Source of the DNA: Longimicrobiales bacterium
Lineage (GTDB): Bacteria; Gemmatimonadota; Gemmatimonadetes; Longimicrobiales; Gaopeijiaceae
DNA length: 64,000 nt
Reading direction: 5' to 3'
NCBI GenBank assembly: GCA_965198065.1
Contig: CBDAON010000004.1
Location: forward strand, 576,001 to 640,000
Shown here: positions 20,807-31,037 of the stretch, in pieces
How the letters are laid out: the number at the start of each line of letters is the position of its first letter
How positions within the stretch are numbered: position 1 is the first letter of the stretch
The notes under the pieces: model-generated
Told to the model about the DNA's origin: nothing
What the model saw: only the letters and a program-made list of their open reading frames with translations
Databases searched by the model: none
Program-made: the position numbers and the translations under genes

Positions 20807-20827
20807 GGAGGCTCGGTGATCGGGGCG

Positions 20828-21160
20828 TCAGAAGTCCTGGAGCCCCTCGGCCCTAGATCCCCCGATCCGGAAGAGCGTGTCGAGCTTCGTGAGCTCGAAG
20901 AGCGTGCGGAGGTCCTCGTTCAGACTCGAGAGGCGGAGATCCCCGCCCTGCTCGCGGATCTTCTTGGAGAGGCTCACGAGGACCCCGAGGCCCGAGGAGT
21001 CGATGTACCCGGTCTTCGTGAAGTCCACGAGGAACTTGCGTTCACCCCTATCCAACTCGTCCAGAACTTTTTGCTTGAGCTCCTGCCGGTTCCCGACGAT
21101 CAGCTGGCCGTCGACGTCGACGACGGTCACGCTGCCCTCGCGAGTCAGGTTAAACGCCAT
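20828..21160 (-). CDS. Anti-anti-sigma STAS protein (RsbV-like)
   Basis: YIDSSGLG motif. Confidence 0.92.
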   Translation of the reverse strand: MAFNLTREGSVTVVDVDGQLIVGNRQELKQKVLDELDRGERKFLVDFTKTGYIDSSGLGVLVSLSKKIREQGGDLRLSSLNEDLRTLFELTKLDTLFRIGGSRAEGLQDF

Positions 21161-21185
21161 GAGTTCTCCAGTTGAAAGCCAAGAA

Positions 21186-21215
21186 AAGCTACCCAGACCT
21201 GCTCGCGTCGGGCAA
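21186..21215 (-). promoter_or_regulatory. Putative sigma70 promoter of STAS/kinase/phosphatase genes
   Basis: TTGCCC-N18-TAGCTT. Confidence 0.4.
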
Positions 21216-21242
21216 GGTGAAGGAGTTCAGCCGTCGAGGGGT

Positions 21243-21740
21243 TCAACCGAACCGCTCCTTCAGGAGCCGGAGGACCGGGGCGGACACAAAGGAGGAAACG
21301 TCGCCTCCGAGCCGGGCCACTTCCTTTACGATGGACGCCGAGAGGAACGAGAGGTGCGCGTCCGGCGTGAAGAACACGAACTCGAGCTCCGGCGACAGCT
21401 CCCGGTTCATCTGGGCCATCTGGAACTCGTACTCGAAGTCGGACACCGCCCGGAGCCCGCGAATGACGAGCTCTGCTCCCCGCCGGCGGGCATAGTCCAC
21501 GAGGAGGCCCGGGAAGGCCTCGCACTCGATTCGCGGCTCGTCGGAGAAGACCTCATTCAATAGCTCGATCCGCTCGGCCACCGTGAAGGCCGGTGTCTTC
21601 GACTGCGTCGAGGTCTCCGCCACGCCGACGACGAGCCGATCCACGACCCTGAGCGTCCGGCGCGCGATGTCCTCGTGTCCGAGGGTAACGGGATCAAACG
21701 ACCCGGGATAGAGAGCGATCAACGGGCTTTGCTGGGTCAT
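21243..21740 (-). CDS. coaD: Phosphopantetheine adenylyltransferase
   Basis: YPGSFDP.T.GH, RGLR..SDFEYE. Confidence 0.96.
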   Translation of the reverse strand: MTQQSPLIALYPGSFDPVTLGHEDIARRTLRVVDRLVVGVAETSTQSKTPAFTVAERIELLNEVFSDEPRIECEAFPGLLVDYARRRGAELVIRGLRAVSDFEYEFQMAQMNRELSPELEFVFFTPDAHLSFLSASIVKEVARLGGDVSSFVSAPVLRLLKERFG

Positions 21741-22264
21741 TCTGGGGGCTCCCAGATTGAGATCGTGGTGTCGCCGTAACGTCGCTGGCGAAGGCCGGGA
21801 AGGGCCCGAAGCGACTCTTTAGAGCGATGCTCGACCCAAAGCTCGCGCGCAAAAGGCTTCTCGGCCATTCGCTCGAGGAGGGCGGCGGCGAAGCCGCGGT
21901 CGTACGGCGGATCGGCCAGGGCGAAGTCGAAGAGGTCCCCCGTCCATGCGGTGACGAACCCGATGGCACTGGCCTGGACCACCCGCGCCCGGTTCCCGGC
22001 GCCGAGCGACTCGATGTTCTTCTCGAGCACCTGGAGCGCGCCCCGGCTCTTCTCCACGAAGGTGATCCGCCGCGCGCCCCGGGAAAGGGCCTCGAGACCA
22101 AGCGCACCCGAGCCCGCGAAGAGATCCAGGACGCTCGCGCCCTCGATCCGGGCCCCGAGCGCGGCCATCCACGCCTCACGAATGCGGTCCGCCGTGGGCC
22201 GGACCCCCTTCCCCCGGGGAGCGCGGATTGTCCTCCCCCGCCACTGCCCCGCAATGATCCTCAC
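21737..22264 (-). CDS. rsmD: 16S rRNA m2G966 methyltransferase
   Basis: RIIAG, RPT.DR.RE, LDLFAGSG, DPPY. Confidence 0.93.
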   Translation of the reverse strand: MRIIAGQWRGRTIRAPRGKGVRPTADRIREAWMAALGARIEGASVLDLFAGSGALGLEALSRGARRITFVEKSRGALQVLEKNIESLGAGNRARVVQASAIGFVTAWTGDLFDFALADPPYDRGFAAALLERMAEKPFARELWVEHRSKESLRALPGLRQRRYGDTTISIWEPPE

Positions 22265-22304
22265 CAGGGCACCCCGGGCTCCGCCGGCTCCCGCTCGCGC
22301 GTGG

Positions 22305-24080
22305 TCATGGGCCAACCAACGTCGGGACCGCGCTCCCCGAGGCCCGAACGTCCAGGAGTCGGGCCTGGAGCCTCCGGATTCCCCTGTACTCGTCCTCTCG
22401 GAGCTGAAAGAGGGCATCCACGAGGCCGCCGCCGAGAGAGCTTCCGACGCGATCCGCGAGGCCGAAGCCGATCGCGTCCAGGGAAGCGGATCCGTCCTTC
22501 AGGCGGAGCTTCAGGTGCCCGTCCCCCACCACCCGGGGTGCGGTCGCGAGATCGAGCCCGGTGGCCCAGAACACGGGGCGGGGGTTCCCGATCCCGAAAG
22601 GGCCCGCGTGGCGGATGAGCCCGTAGAGCTCGGCGCCGGCGTCCGCGAGGGGGATCGCCAGATCTGCGGTGAGCATCGGTCGGGGAGCTTCTCCCCCGAG
22701 CTGCTCCCAGACCGCCTCGTTGAAGGCGTCTCGGAAGGGATCGAGCGCCTCTTTCCTGAGATCCATCCCGGCCGCCTGCGCGTGCCCGCCGAAGCGGAGC
22801 AGGTACCGGCGGCACCCCTCGAGGGCTCGGAACAGGTGCACACCCGAGATCGATCGGGCGCTTCCCCGGCCCCGGTCGCCGCTCAGGGCCACCATCACGA
22901 CCGGCCGATGGATCCGCTCCACCACGCGGGACGCGACGATCCCGATCACTCCGGGGTGCCATCCCTCCCCGGCGAGGACGACGCCGAAGTGGCGCTCCGG
23001 GTCGAAGTCCCCGGCCAGGAGATCGAGGGCCTGGGCCAGCGTCGCTTTCTCCTCCTCCCGTCGGGCCCGGTTGGCCTCGTCCAGCTCTCGCGCCAGGGCT
23101 TCGGCCTCACCTGGATCTTCCGTGAGGAGGAGGCGCAGCGCGCGGGTGGCGTCCCCCATCCGCCCGGCCGCGTTCATCCGCGGGGCCAGGATGAAGCCGA
23201 CTTGTCCGGCCTCGATCGTGGACTGGCCCGTCACTCCCGACACCTGGAGGAGGGCCTCGAGCCCGACCTTCCTGGTGCACGCGAGGAAGCGGAGCCCGAA
23301 GCGAACGAGGATGCGGTTCTCCCCGGTCAAGGGGACCAGGTCGGCGACCGTCGCGAGGGCGACGATGTCGAGGTGCGGCCAGAGCTCCTCCTTCCCGATT
23401 CCCGCCCTCGCCGCGAGCGCCTGACAGAGCTTGAACGCCACGCCGGCGCCCGAGAGCGTCCCCTCCGGGTACGTCGAGTCCGGCTGGTTCGGATTCACAA
23501 CGGCGACTGCGGGGGGGAGCTCGGGACCGGGCGTGTGATGGTCCGTCACGATCACGTCGATTCCCGCGGCCTGAGCGCTCGAGACCGCGTCGTGCGCGAG
23601 GATCCCCGTGTCGCAGGTAACGAGAAGCGTGGCCCCGCTGTCCCTGGCGCGGGCGAGCCCGGCCGGGCCGAGGTCGTAGCCGTCTCGGAGCCGATGCGGC
23701 ACGAAGGGGGTCACGCGCCCGCCCATCCGGCGCAGCCATCGGGTGAAGAGCGCCGCCCCGCACACTCCATCCACGTCGAAGTCGCCGTGCACGAGGATGT
23801 GCTCCCCGCTCCGCACCGCGGCGAGGATGCGGGTCACGGCCTCCTCCATACCGGGCATCGCCTCCGGAGGGTGGAGGTCGTCCAGGCTGGGGCGAAGGAA
23901 GTGCTTCGCGGCGTCGGGCTCCACGACCTCGCGGGCTACAAGAAGGGCGCAAATCGAAGGAGGAAGGGAGAGCTCGCGGGACAGCCGCTGAACGGCGGAC
24001 GACTCGGGAGCGGGGCGCAGCCGCCACTCAGGCGGTGGAGGCGGGGGAAGGACCACCTCGGGGGTGGACCTCCGACTCAC
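22305..24080 (-). CDS. recJ: ssDNA exonuclease RecJ
   Basis: GDFDVDG, TDHH, PR.NAAGR, GSARS, GGH..AAG. Confidence 0.96.
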   Translation of the reverse strand: MSRRSTPEVVLPPPPPPEWRLRPAPESSAVQRLSRELSLPPSICALLVAREVVEPDAAKHFLRPSLDDLHPPEAMPGMEEAVTRILAAVRSGEHILVHGDFDVDGVCGAALFTRWLRRMGGRVTPFVPHRLRDGYDLGPAGLARARDSGATLLVTCDTGILAHDAVSSAQAAGIDVIVTDHHTPGPELPPAVAVVNPNQPDSTYPEGTLSGAGVAFKLCQALAARAGIGKEELWPHLDIVALATVADLVPLTGENRILVRFGLRFLACTRKVGLEALLQVSGVTGQSTIEAGQVGFILAPRMNAAGRMGDATRALRLLLTEDPGEAEALARELDEANRARREEEKATLAQALDLLAGDFDPERHFGVVLAGEGWHPGVIGIVASRVVERIHRPVVMVALSGDRGRGSARSISGVHLFRALEGCRRYLLRFGGHAQAAGMDLRKEALDPFRDAFNEAVWEQLGGEAPRPMLTADLAIPLADAGAELYGLIRHAGPFGIGNPRPVFWATGLDLATAPRVVGDGHLKLRLKDGSASLDAIGFGLADRVGSSLGGGLVDALFQLREDEYRGIRRLQARLLDVRASGSAVPTLVGP

Positions 24081-24913
24081 TCTTGGGCGTCTCCCTCCCC
24101 GCCCGCCTCGTCCTCCTCAGTGCCAGCCTCGCCGACGGATGTGAGCGGCTCCTCCGCGAGCAAGCTGGGGAGGGGCTCCGTAAGGGACGGGTTCAACTCG
24201 GGCTCAGGTTCGATCGTGAGGATCACGCCGCACGCCTCGCAGCGGATGAGGGACTCTCCCTGACGGACCTCGTTCTGGATCTGGAGCGGGACCACGCCGA
24301 AGCAGTGTCCGCAGGCCCCGTCCTCGAGAAGCGTCGCCACCACGACGGTCCGACCGGACTGGTGAAACGCCTCGTAAACCCTCCGTTGTTGGGGATCGAC
24401 TCCGTCGAGGACCTCCTGTCTTCGGGCCTTCAGGTCATCGAGTCGCCCCAGGAAGGCCCCTCGGCTGTCCAGGAGGGCCTTCTGCTGGGGCCCTACCGCG
24501 CTGCGCGCCTCGGCCGTCCGATCGGCCAGCTCCTCCTCGGCCAGCTCGCTTCGACCGATCTGATCGATCAGGTGCAGAGCCTCCTGTTCGTCCGCCGTGA
24601 TCGCCTTCACGATGAGATCCAGCTCCGTCTTCACCGCGGCCTCTTCCCGAAGATTCGAGACTCGGGTGAGACGGGCCTCCATCTTGTCCACACGAGCCCG
24701 CTTATCGTCCGCGGCGCGCTCGAGCCTCCGGGCGTCCAACCTCATCTGGGCCAGCCGCTCACGAAGCTGCGAGAGCTCGGCCTCGAGCTCGAGGGTGGGT
24801 TCCTCCACCGCGGCCAGGCGTTCGTCGAACGCACCGATCTCTTTTTGGATCTCCTTGATCCGATCGTCGAGCTTCTGGAGCTCGCGAAGGGATCCCATCG
24901 TGGTGTTCGTCAT
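24077..24913 (-). CDS. Coiled-coil C4 zinc-ribbon protein (CT398/HP0958-like)
   Basis: LQKLD, long coiled coil, CGHC...CEAC. Confidence 0.85.
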   Translation of the reverse strand: MTNTTMGSLRELQKLDDRIKEIQKEIGAFDERLAAVEEPTLELEAELSQLRERLAQMRLDARRLERAADDKRARVDKMEARLTRVSNLREEAAVKTELDLIVKAITADEQEALHLIDQIGRSELAEEELADRTAEARSAVGPQQKALLDSRGAFLGRLDDLKARRQEVLDGVDPQQRRVYEAFHQSGRTVVVATLLEDGACGHCFGVVPLQIQNEVRQGESLIRCEACGVILTIEPEPELNPSLTEPLPSLLAEEPLTSVGEAGTEEDEAGGEGDAQE

Positions 24914-24967
24914 CCGTTCACCCGTGCGCGTTGGTCTCCACGACAATATCCGGACGGGACTTTCCCG

Positions 24968-26806
24968 TCAGGTCTCACCTATCCCGACTCCTCCCCCGGA
25001 TTCCTCTGTGACGGCGGCTCCGCCCCCCGCAGGCTCTCGGGGCCACCGGGCCGCCTTCCACTCCCCGCGGCGCTCCCGCCGGAGGCGCGCTAGCTCTCCG
25101 AGGAGCCGCCGCTCGGTCTCGACCGAATCCGCCGTCCTGAGCGCCTCCTCGAGCTCGTCTCGGCGAGCCTGGAGCCCCCGCTCCTCCAGCCCCGAGAGCG
25201 CGTCCTCGAAGACCCGCTCCGTGTGCTCCAGGTCCTCGGGATCGCCCAGCAGCTCCTCGAGCCTTTGCTGGCTCTCGGGAGACAGGCCCGTTGGCAGCTC
25301 TTCGGTCCCGGCCCGCTCCGCGAGCGCCTCGAAGATCGCGCGGTACGTCGGGTCACGGAACGCCTCGCCTCCGATCCGCTCCACGGCCTTCTCCACCCAC
25401 GCGCGCATCCGGAGGAGGACGAGGAGGAGCTTCCGCTCCGCGCCGAGCCCGGTGAGCCGGGGCGGAGGCGCAAACCTCTCCGCCCGGCGGCCGGACGACC
25501 GGGTGCGGGGCACCGCGCCGGCGCTCACCTCCGCCTCGAGCGTCTCGCGCCGAACCCCGGTGCGCTCGGCGACCCGCGCCACGTAGATGTCCTGGAGCGC
25601 GGGATCCTTCACGGCGCGCACGGTCGGCAGGAGCTTGTCCACCGCCATCCGGATCCCGTCGCTCGATCCCAGGTAGCCCCTCTCGTCCAGGAGCTGGAGC
25701 TTTTGATCCAGAACGTCCACGGCCGCGTCCAGGTGCGGCCGGACGCCCGCAGCCCCGCAAGCCCGAACGAGAGAGTCCGGATCCTCCCCTGCCGGGAGCG
25801 TCACGACGGACGGGTGAACGCCCTCAGCGAGGAGCACGTCGCCGGCCCGGAAGGCCGCTCTGGTTCCCGCCTCGTCCGAGTCGAAGAAGAGGAGGGCACG
25901 CTTCGCGTACCGGGAAAGGAGGCGGGCATGCTCCTCCGTGAGCGCGGTCCCGAGGGCCGCCACCGCGTTTTCGATTTCGGCCGCGGCGAGGGAGACGACG
26001 TCCATGTAGCCTTCCATCACGAGCGCGACGCCTTCCCTCCGGATCGCGTTCCGGTTACGGCCGAGGGCGTACAGGATCTCGCCCTTGTGGTAGACACCCG
26101 ACTCGGGCGAGTTCATGTACTTGGGAATCCCCTTCTCCTCGCCCCCGAGGACCCGGCCGCCGAAGGCCACGACGTGGCCCGCCACCGACTCGATGGGGAA
26201 GATGATCCGGTTCCGGAATCGATCGTACGGCTCGGGGGAGCGCTCGGACGTCGTGAGGATCCCCAGCTCGAGAAGGAGCGCGTCAGAGATCTCATGCTTC
26301 GCGGCGGCCTCCCGCAGGTTCCGCCATCCGTCCGGCGCGAACCCGAGCCCGAATTTCTCGACCGTCTCGGCGCCGATCCCACGGCTTTCCAGGTATTTTC
26401 GCCCCCGCTCCCCGCGTTTCGGATCCCGGAGCTGCTCCTGGAACCATGCCCTCGCGAACGCGTTCGCCTCGTGGTGGGCCCGAAGCGGGTCCTCCCCGGG
26501 CTCGCCCCGGCCGCTCACCTCGCGCACCTCGATGCCGTATCGGGCCCCGAGCATCCGCACGGCGTCCAGGAACTCCATGCCGGCCTTCTTGCGCAGGAAG
26601 GTGAAGACGTCGCCGGACTCCCCGCAGCCGAAGCACTTGTAGAAGCCCTTGTCCGGGACGACGTAGAACGACGGGGTCTTGTCCTCGTGGAACGGGCACC
26701 GCCCCTTCCAATCCTTGCCGGACCGCTTGAGCGGAACCGACTCTCCGATGACCTCCACGAGATCGACCCGCGCGCGCACCTCATCGACCACCTCGTCGGG
26801 GATCAT
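24968..26806 (-). CDS. dnaG: DNA primase
   Basis: CPFH..CFGC, KY.NSPE, EGYMD, DPD. Confidence 0.97.
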   Translation of the reverse strand: MIPDEVVDEVRARVDLVEVIGESVPLKRSGKDWKGRCPFHEDKTPSFYVVPDKGFYKCFGCGESGDVFTFLRKKAGMEFLDAVRMLGARYGIEVREVSGRGEPGEDPLRAHHEANAFARAWFQEQLRDPKRGERGRKYLESRGIGAETVEKFGLGFAPDGWRNLREAAAKHEISDALLLELGILTTSERSPEPYDRFRNRIIFPIESVAGHVVAFGGRVLGGEEKGIPKYMNSPESGVYHKGEILYALGRNRNAIRREGVALVMEGYMDVVSLAAAEIENAVAALGTALTEEHARLLSRYAKRALLFFDSDEAGTRAAFRAGDVLLAEGVHPSVVTLPAGEDPDSLVRACGAAGVRPHLDAAVDVLDQKLQLLDERGYLGSSDGIRMAVDKLLPTVRAVKDPALQDIYVARVAERTGVRRETLEAEVSAGAVPRTRSSGRRAERFAPPPRLTGLGAERKLLLVLLRMRAWVEKAVERIGGEAFRDPTYRAIFEALAERAGTEELPTGLSPESQQRLEELLGDPEDLEHTERVFEDALSGLEERGLQARRDELEEALRTADSVETERRLLGELARLRRERRGEWKAARWPREPAGGGAAVTEESGGGVGIGET

Positions 26807-29280
26807 CGGTCCAGCACCGCAATGGTGACGCCCGCACCCCCCTCGGCAGGCGAGCCCTGCCGGAATTCCCGCACGCGCGAATCAGAGCGGAGGAGCTCCT
26901 GCACGCGCGCGCGCACGGCCCCCGTCCCCTTCCCGTGGATGATGCGGAGCTCGGGGAGGCTCGCCACGACCGCGTCGTCCAGCGCCCGGCCCATGGCAAG
27001 GTCTACCTCGTCCACCCGGAGGCCGCGGAGATCCGTCTCGGTCCTCGCGTCGACCCCGAGGGGGCCGCCCCCGGACCCGAGGGTACGGCCGCCCCCGGAC
27101 ACGGCGGCGGCCGAGCGACGGGCGGTCCGAGCCGAGCGGTCCGCGCCCCCGCGGGACTCGCCAATCTGTCCAGCGGGCTCGATGTCCGTCCGGGAGAGCT
27201 GGAGGCGGACGCTCCCCACCTCGACGGTCACACGATCGTCCCTGAACTCGCGGACCACGCCGCGAGCCCCGCTCCCCACCACGGTCACGGGGTCCCCTTC
27301 CGCGACCGGCGCCACGCTCCGGCCCCGCCCCCGCCGCTCTGAGCGGGGACCGCGCTCGCGCTGCGTCCGCGCGGCCTCCTCGACCTTGCGGCGAGCGATC
27401 GTCTCCGCGCCCTCCCGGGCCTCGCGCACCTCTCGGATCGCGGCCTCCACTTCCTCTCGCGCCTCCAGGAGGAGCCGGCGTGCCTGCTCCCGGGCTCTCG
27501 ACTCCGCGGTCCGCTCGCGCTCCTCGACCCGGGCCTCCCTGGCCTCCGTCTTCGCCCGAAGGCTCTCGGCCCTGCGCGACCGTGCTTCGGCCTCCACCAA
27601 ATGGCTCTGGAGCTCGCGCTCCTTCTGCTCCATGCTCGCGAGCACGGCTTCCAACCGGAGCTCGCCCGGATCCACATACGACTCGGCCAGGTCCACAACC
27701 TCCGCCGAGAGCCCGAGGCGCCGCGCGATGGCCAGGCCGTAGCTCCGACCCGGCCGCCCCTTCCGAAGCTCGTACGTCGGCTCGATCCGCACGGAGTCGA
27801 AGAGAAGAGAAGCGTTCACGATCCCGCTCCCATCCGTGTCCAGCCGCTTCAGGGCGCCCAGGTGCGAGCTCACGACGGCGCGGGTGCCCCGGGCCGCCAG
27901 GACCTCCAGGATCGCGCGCGCCAGCGCCGCGCCCTCGAACGGATCCGTGCCCGTCCCCAGCTCGTCCATGAGGACAAGCGTCCCCGGCCCCGCGCGCTCG
28001 AGGATCTCCCTCACGTTCGCGAGGTGCGCCGAGAACGTGGAGAGGGACTCCGTGATGGACTGCTCGTCCCCGATGTCCGCGAACACCTCGTCTACGACCG
28101 CGAGACGCGTTCCCTTCCCAACGGGAGGGACGACCCCGCTCTGGGTGAGGAGGTGGACGAGCCCCATCGCCTTCAGGAACACCGTCTTCCCGCCCGTGTT
28201 CGGGCCGGAAACGACGACGACCCTCTCCTGCGGTCCGAGCTCGATGGAAAACGGAACCACCGGAGCGCCCCGCTCGAGAAGGAGGGGGTGCCGCCCATTA
28301 ACCACGACGAGGTCCCCGTCGCTCGAGTCCAGGATCTCGGGCGGATGCCCTCCCCACGCTCCGGCGGAGCGCGCCCTCGCCTGGAGCGTGTCGAAGGCCA
28401 CGAGGGCGCCCAGCGCGTCGGTCAGCGCCTCCCTCATCGGACGCAGGCGGCCCGCGGCAGAGCGGAGGATCGCCTGCACCTCCCGCTCCTCCTCGCGATC
28501 GAGCTCGTGGACCTGGTTCATGAGCTCAATCGCGATCGGTGGCTCGACGAACAGGGTGGCGCCCGTCGCCGACTCCCCATGGATGACCCCACCCACCTCG
28601 GACCTGCCTTCCCTCCGAATGGGGACGACGAATCGGCCGTCCCGGACCGAGACCGAGGCACCCTCCACGCGGATCCTCTCGGGAAGGGACTCGAGGAACC
28701 GCTCGACCTTCCCGAGAACCTCGCCCCTCGCGCTTCGAAGCCGGCGTCGGATCCGACGGAGCTCCGGGCTCGCGCCGTCCCGGATCCCACCCTCGTCGTC
28801 CACGATCCCACCCAGCCAGGCCTCGTCCTCGGGGCGCTCGACCAGCCTCTTCCGGAGCGATGCGAGATGCGGACGGCGAGCGGAGGAGCCGGCCCGGGCA
28901 GCTGTATCCTCGGAATCCCCCTCGTCCCCGAAATCGGGGAGCAGATCCCGGGGCTCCCGGAGCTGGCCGGCGAGCTCCCGCGAGGCGACGAGGAGTCGGA
29001 GGGTAACGAGGAGCTCCTCTCCCGTGAGCACGCCCCCCTCGACCTCGAGGGCCCGGAGAGCGCCCCGGGCATCGGGAACGGCCGGCGGGGCCGACGCCGG
29101 CCGCTCCTCGAGGAACGCCATCGTCTCCGCCACCCGATCAAGCTCCGCACGGACGCGCCCCGCGTCCAATACGGGGCGGAGCGCCAGAACGGCTTCCCGA
29201 CCGATCGGGCTCGCCGCCCTTCGCGCCACCCGCTCGAGCGCGCCTTCGAACTCCAGCACGGCCAGGGCGTGATCGTTCAC
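26803..29280 (-). CDS. mutS2: Endonuclease MutS2
   Basis: GPNTGGKT, DIGDEQSI, DELG.GTDP, Smr IIHGKGTG. Confidence 0.96.
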   Translation of the reverse strand: MNDHALAVLEFEGALERVARRAASPIGREAVLALRPVLDAGRVRAELDRVAETMAFLEERPASAPPAVPDARGALRALEVEGGVLTGEELLVTLRLLVASRELAGQLREPRDLLPDFGDEGDSEDTAARAGSSARRPHLASLRKRLVERPEDEAWLGGIVDDEGGIRDGASPELRRIRRRLRSARGEVLGKVERFLESLPERIRVEGASVSVRDGRFVVPIRREGRSEVGGVIHGESATGATLFVEPPIAIELMNQVHELDREEEREVQAILRSAAGRLRPMREALTDALGALVAFDTLQARARSAGAWGGHPPEILDSSDGDLVVVNGRHPLLLERGAPVVPFSIELGPQERVVVVSGPNTGGKTVFLKAMGLVHLLTQSGVVPPVGKGTRLAVVDEVFADIGDEQSITESLSTFSAHLANVREILERAGPGTLVLMDELGTGTDPFEGAALARAILEVLAARGTRAVVSSHLGALKRLDTDGSGIVNASLLFDSVRIEPTYELRKGRPGRSYGLAIARRLGLSAEVVDLAESYVDPGELRLEAVLASMEQKERELQSHLVEAEARSRRAESLRAKTEAREARVEERERTAESRAREQARRLLLEAREEVEAAIREVREAREGAETIARRKVEEAARTQRERGPRSERRGRGRSVAPVAEGDPVTVVGSGARGVVREFRDDRVTVEVGSVRLQLSRTDIEPAGQIGESRGGADRSARTARRSAAAVSGGGRTLGSGGGPLGVDARTETDLRGLRVDEVDLAMGRALDDAVVASLPELRIIHGKGTGAVRARVQELLRSDSRVREFRQGSPAEGGAGVTIAVLDR

Positions 29281-29371
29281 GGTTGTCCGCGGAGGACGGC
29301 AACCGGAAGACGGGCGCCGACCGCGAGGCCAACGCCCGTCTCACTCACACCCCGGCGCGGGACTCCCAGGC

Positions 29372-29813
29372 TCACCGGGCCAGCTCCTCCCGCACGAGTC
29401 GGTTCGCTTCCCGCCCGTCGTACCGGCCGCGGATCCGGGGCATCAATCGCCCCATCACAGCCCCCATCTCCGCCGGACCCTCGGCCAGTATCTCCCGGAT
29501 CATGACCCGCACCTCCCCTTCGTCCAGCGCCGGGGGGAGAAACTCCGCGAGGATCGAGGATTCGCGCTCCTCCTTCGCCGCGAGATCCTCACGTCTCCCG
29601 ACCCGCATTTGCTCGGCCGCGTCACGACGTTGCTTGATGCCCCGCGCGATCACGTCGCGAACCGTGTCGTCGTCGGCCGCACGCCCCAGCTCGATCTCTC
29701 GGTTTCGGACGTCGGAGAGGAGAGTGGAGAGGACCACCGTCCTGACCTTGTCGCGTTCCTTCCGGGCCTGATTTGAGAGCGTCCCGAATCGCACTGTGAG
29801 CGGTCGTTCCCAC
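29372..29813 (-). CDS. GatB/YqeY domain protein (apparent +1 frameshift near 29773)
   Basis: ARKERD..IKQRRDA..FLP..MGAVM. N-terminus MGTTAHSAIRDAL is in another frame and joins NQARK if one T of 29772-29774 is removed. Confidence 0.85.
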
Positions 29814-29860
29814 GCGGCTTCGACGAGGGGCGAAGAGTCTCCTGACTTCGCGGCACCGAA

Positions 29861-29889
29861 AAGCTACCCGGCACGGACGGAAGGGTCAA
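29861..29889 (-). promoter_or_regulatory. Sigma70 promoter upstream of yqeY-mutS2-dnaG
   Basis: TTGACC-N17-TAGCTT. Confidence 0.55.
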
Positions 29890-29914
29890 CGCGCCCCGCG
29901 CTCACGGCGGACGC

Positions 29915-30277
29915 TCACCCCGGAGGCCAGGTAAAGGCCCTCCCCCCGAGGAGATGAAGGTGGAGATGAGGGACGGTCTGTCCCCCATCGTCTCCCGTGT
30001 TGGTCACCAATCTGTAGCCACTCTCCTCCACGCCGAGCTTCCTCGCGACGGTGCCGGCGGCGACCAGGAGGCGCCCCGCGAGCGCTTCGTCGGCGGACCC
30101 CAGCTCGGCCACGGAGGCAAGGTGCCTGCGCGGGATGAGGAGGACGTGGATGGGAGCCTGCTGGTTCAGGTCATGGAAGGCGACGAGCTCCGCCTCCTCA
30201 TGGACGACCCGGGCCGGGATCCGACCGGCCGCAATCTCACAGAAGATACAGCTCGTCGCCGTCGCTCCACTGGTCAT
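29915..30277 (-). CDS. HIT-family nucleotide-binding protein
   Basis: CIFC, GQTVPHLHLHLLGGR..WPPG. Confidence 0.95.
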   Translation of the reverse strand: MTSGATATSCIFCEIAAGRIPARVVHEEAELVAFHDLNQQAPIHVLLIPRRHLASVAELGSADEALAGRLLVAAGTVARKLGVEESGYRLVTNTGDDGGQTVPHLHLHLLGGRAFTWPPG

Positions 30278-30467
30278 GTCGGGTCACTCCGGAGGATGCG
30301 GTGGCTGAAGCAGGAGCCCCGGGATAGTGAGGAGGTCGAGTCGCCCGCGAAAGAACTCCAGCCCACGTCGGCCCACGTGCCCATGGGTCGACCCCACCCC
30401 GAGGCGTAGGCTCGACGGTGCCATGCGATCTTCGAGACCACGTGGAGCCTACCTGCGGAGCGCACCC

Positions 30468-31037
30468 ATGGATCCACTTCCCCGAGCGGCCGTCGCGCTC
30501 CTCTCACGCCACCCGTCCCCCGCCCTGTCCATGGAGGACCTCCAGGAACTCCTGAAGTGGGAGGACCCTTTCGCGTCCCCGGGAGACGACGAGGTGCTGA
30601 GGCGGCTCGACCTGCATGGCCGGGGGCTCCGGGTTCTCGTGCGACCCAAACGACGCTGGATGGGTCCCGTCGGCCCGGCCGCGTGGATCCTGGCAGAGAC
30701 CAGCGACCGGGAGGCTCGGATCCGGGCCCGACCAGCGCTCGGGCTGCTCCGCAGCTCCGTCCTCTCTCTAGGAGCCTTGGTCGAGCCCGGCTCGGGCCGG
30801 CGGTGGGCCCGCTGGACCCGCCTGCTCCGCGAAGAGGCACGGCTTCGCACCTCCCTCGAGCGCCCCCTTCGGTCCCGCGACGGGGCTCCAGCCAACGGGC
30901 CCGAAAGGCGCCCGTCCACCACTCCTCCTCCCGATCCTCCTCGTCCAGGGAGAGCCCGTGCGCATCGGCCGACGCCACGAGCCCACCCGCCTCGGGGAGG
31001 AGGACACCCCCGAGGAGGACCCAACCGCCGGGCCTGA
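30468..31037 (+). CDS. Hypothetical protein (3' end uncertain, overlaps prmA remnant)
   Basis: GGAG SD before ATG 30468; helical protein-like N-terminal ~130 aa; fills gap between HIT and prmA. Confidence 0.45.
   Translation: MDPLPRAAVALLSRHPSPALSMEDLQELLKWEDPFASPGDDEVLRRLDLHGRGLRVLVRPKRRWMGPVGPAAWILAETSDREARIRARPALGLLRSSVLSLGALVEPGSGRRWARWTRLLREEARLRTSLERPLRSRDGAPANGPERRPSTTPPPDPPRPGRARAHRPTPRAHPPRGGGHPRGGPNRRA

Noticed and set aside
21951..29505. Very long plus-strand ORFs (e.g. 21951..24263, 25223..27742, 27601..29505) and similar ones such as 61393..63837
   Set aside because: Antisense shadows of well-supported genes in high-GC DNA, with no recognisable motifs.
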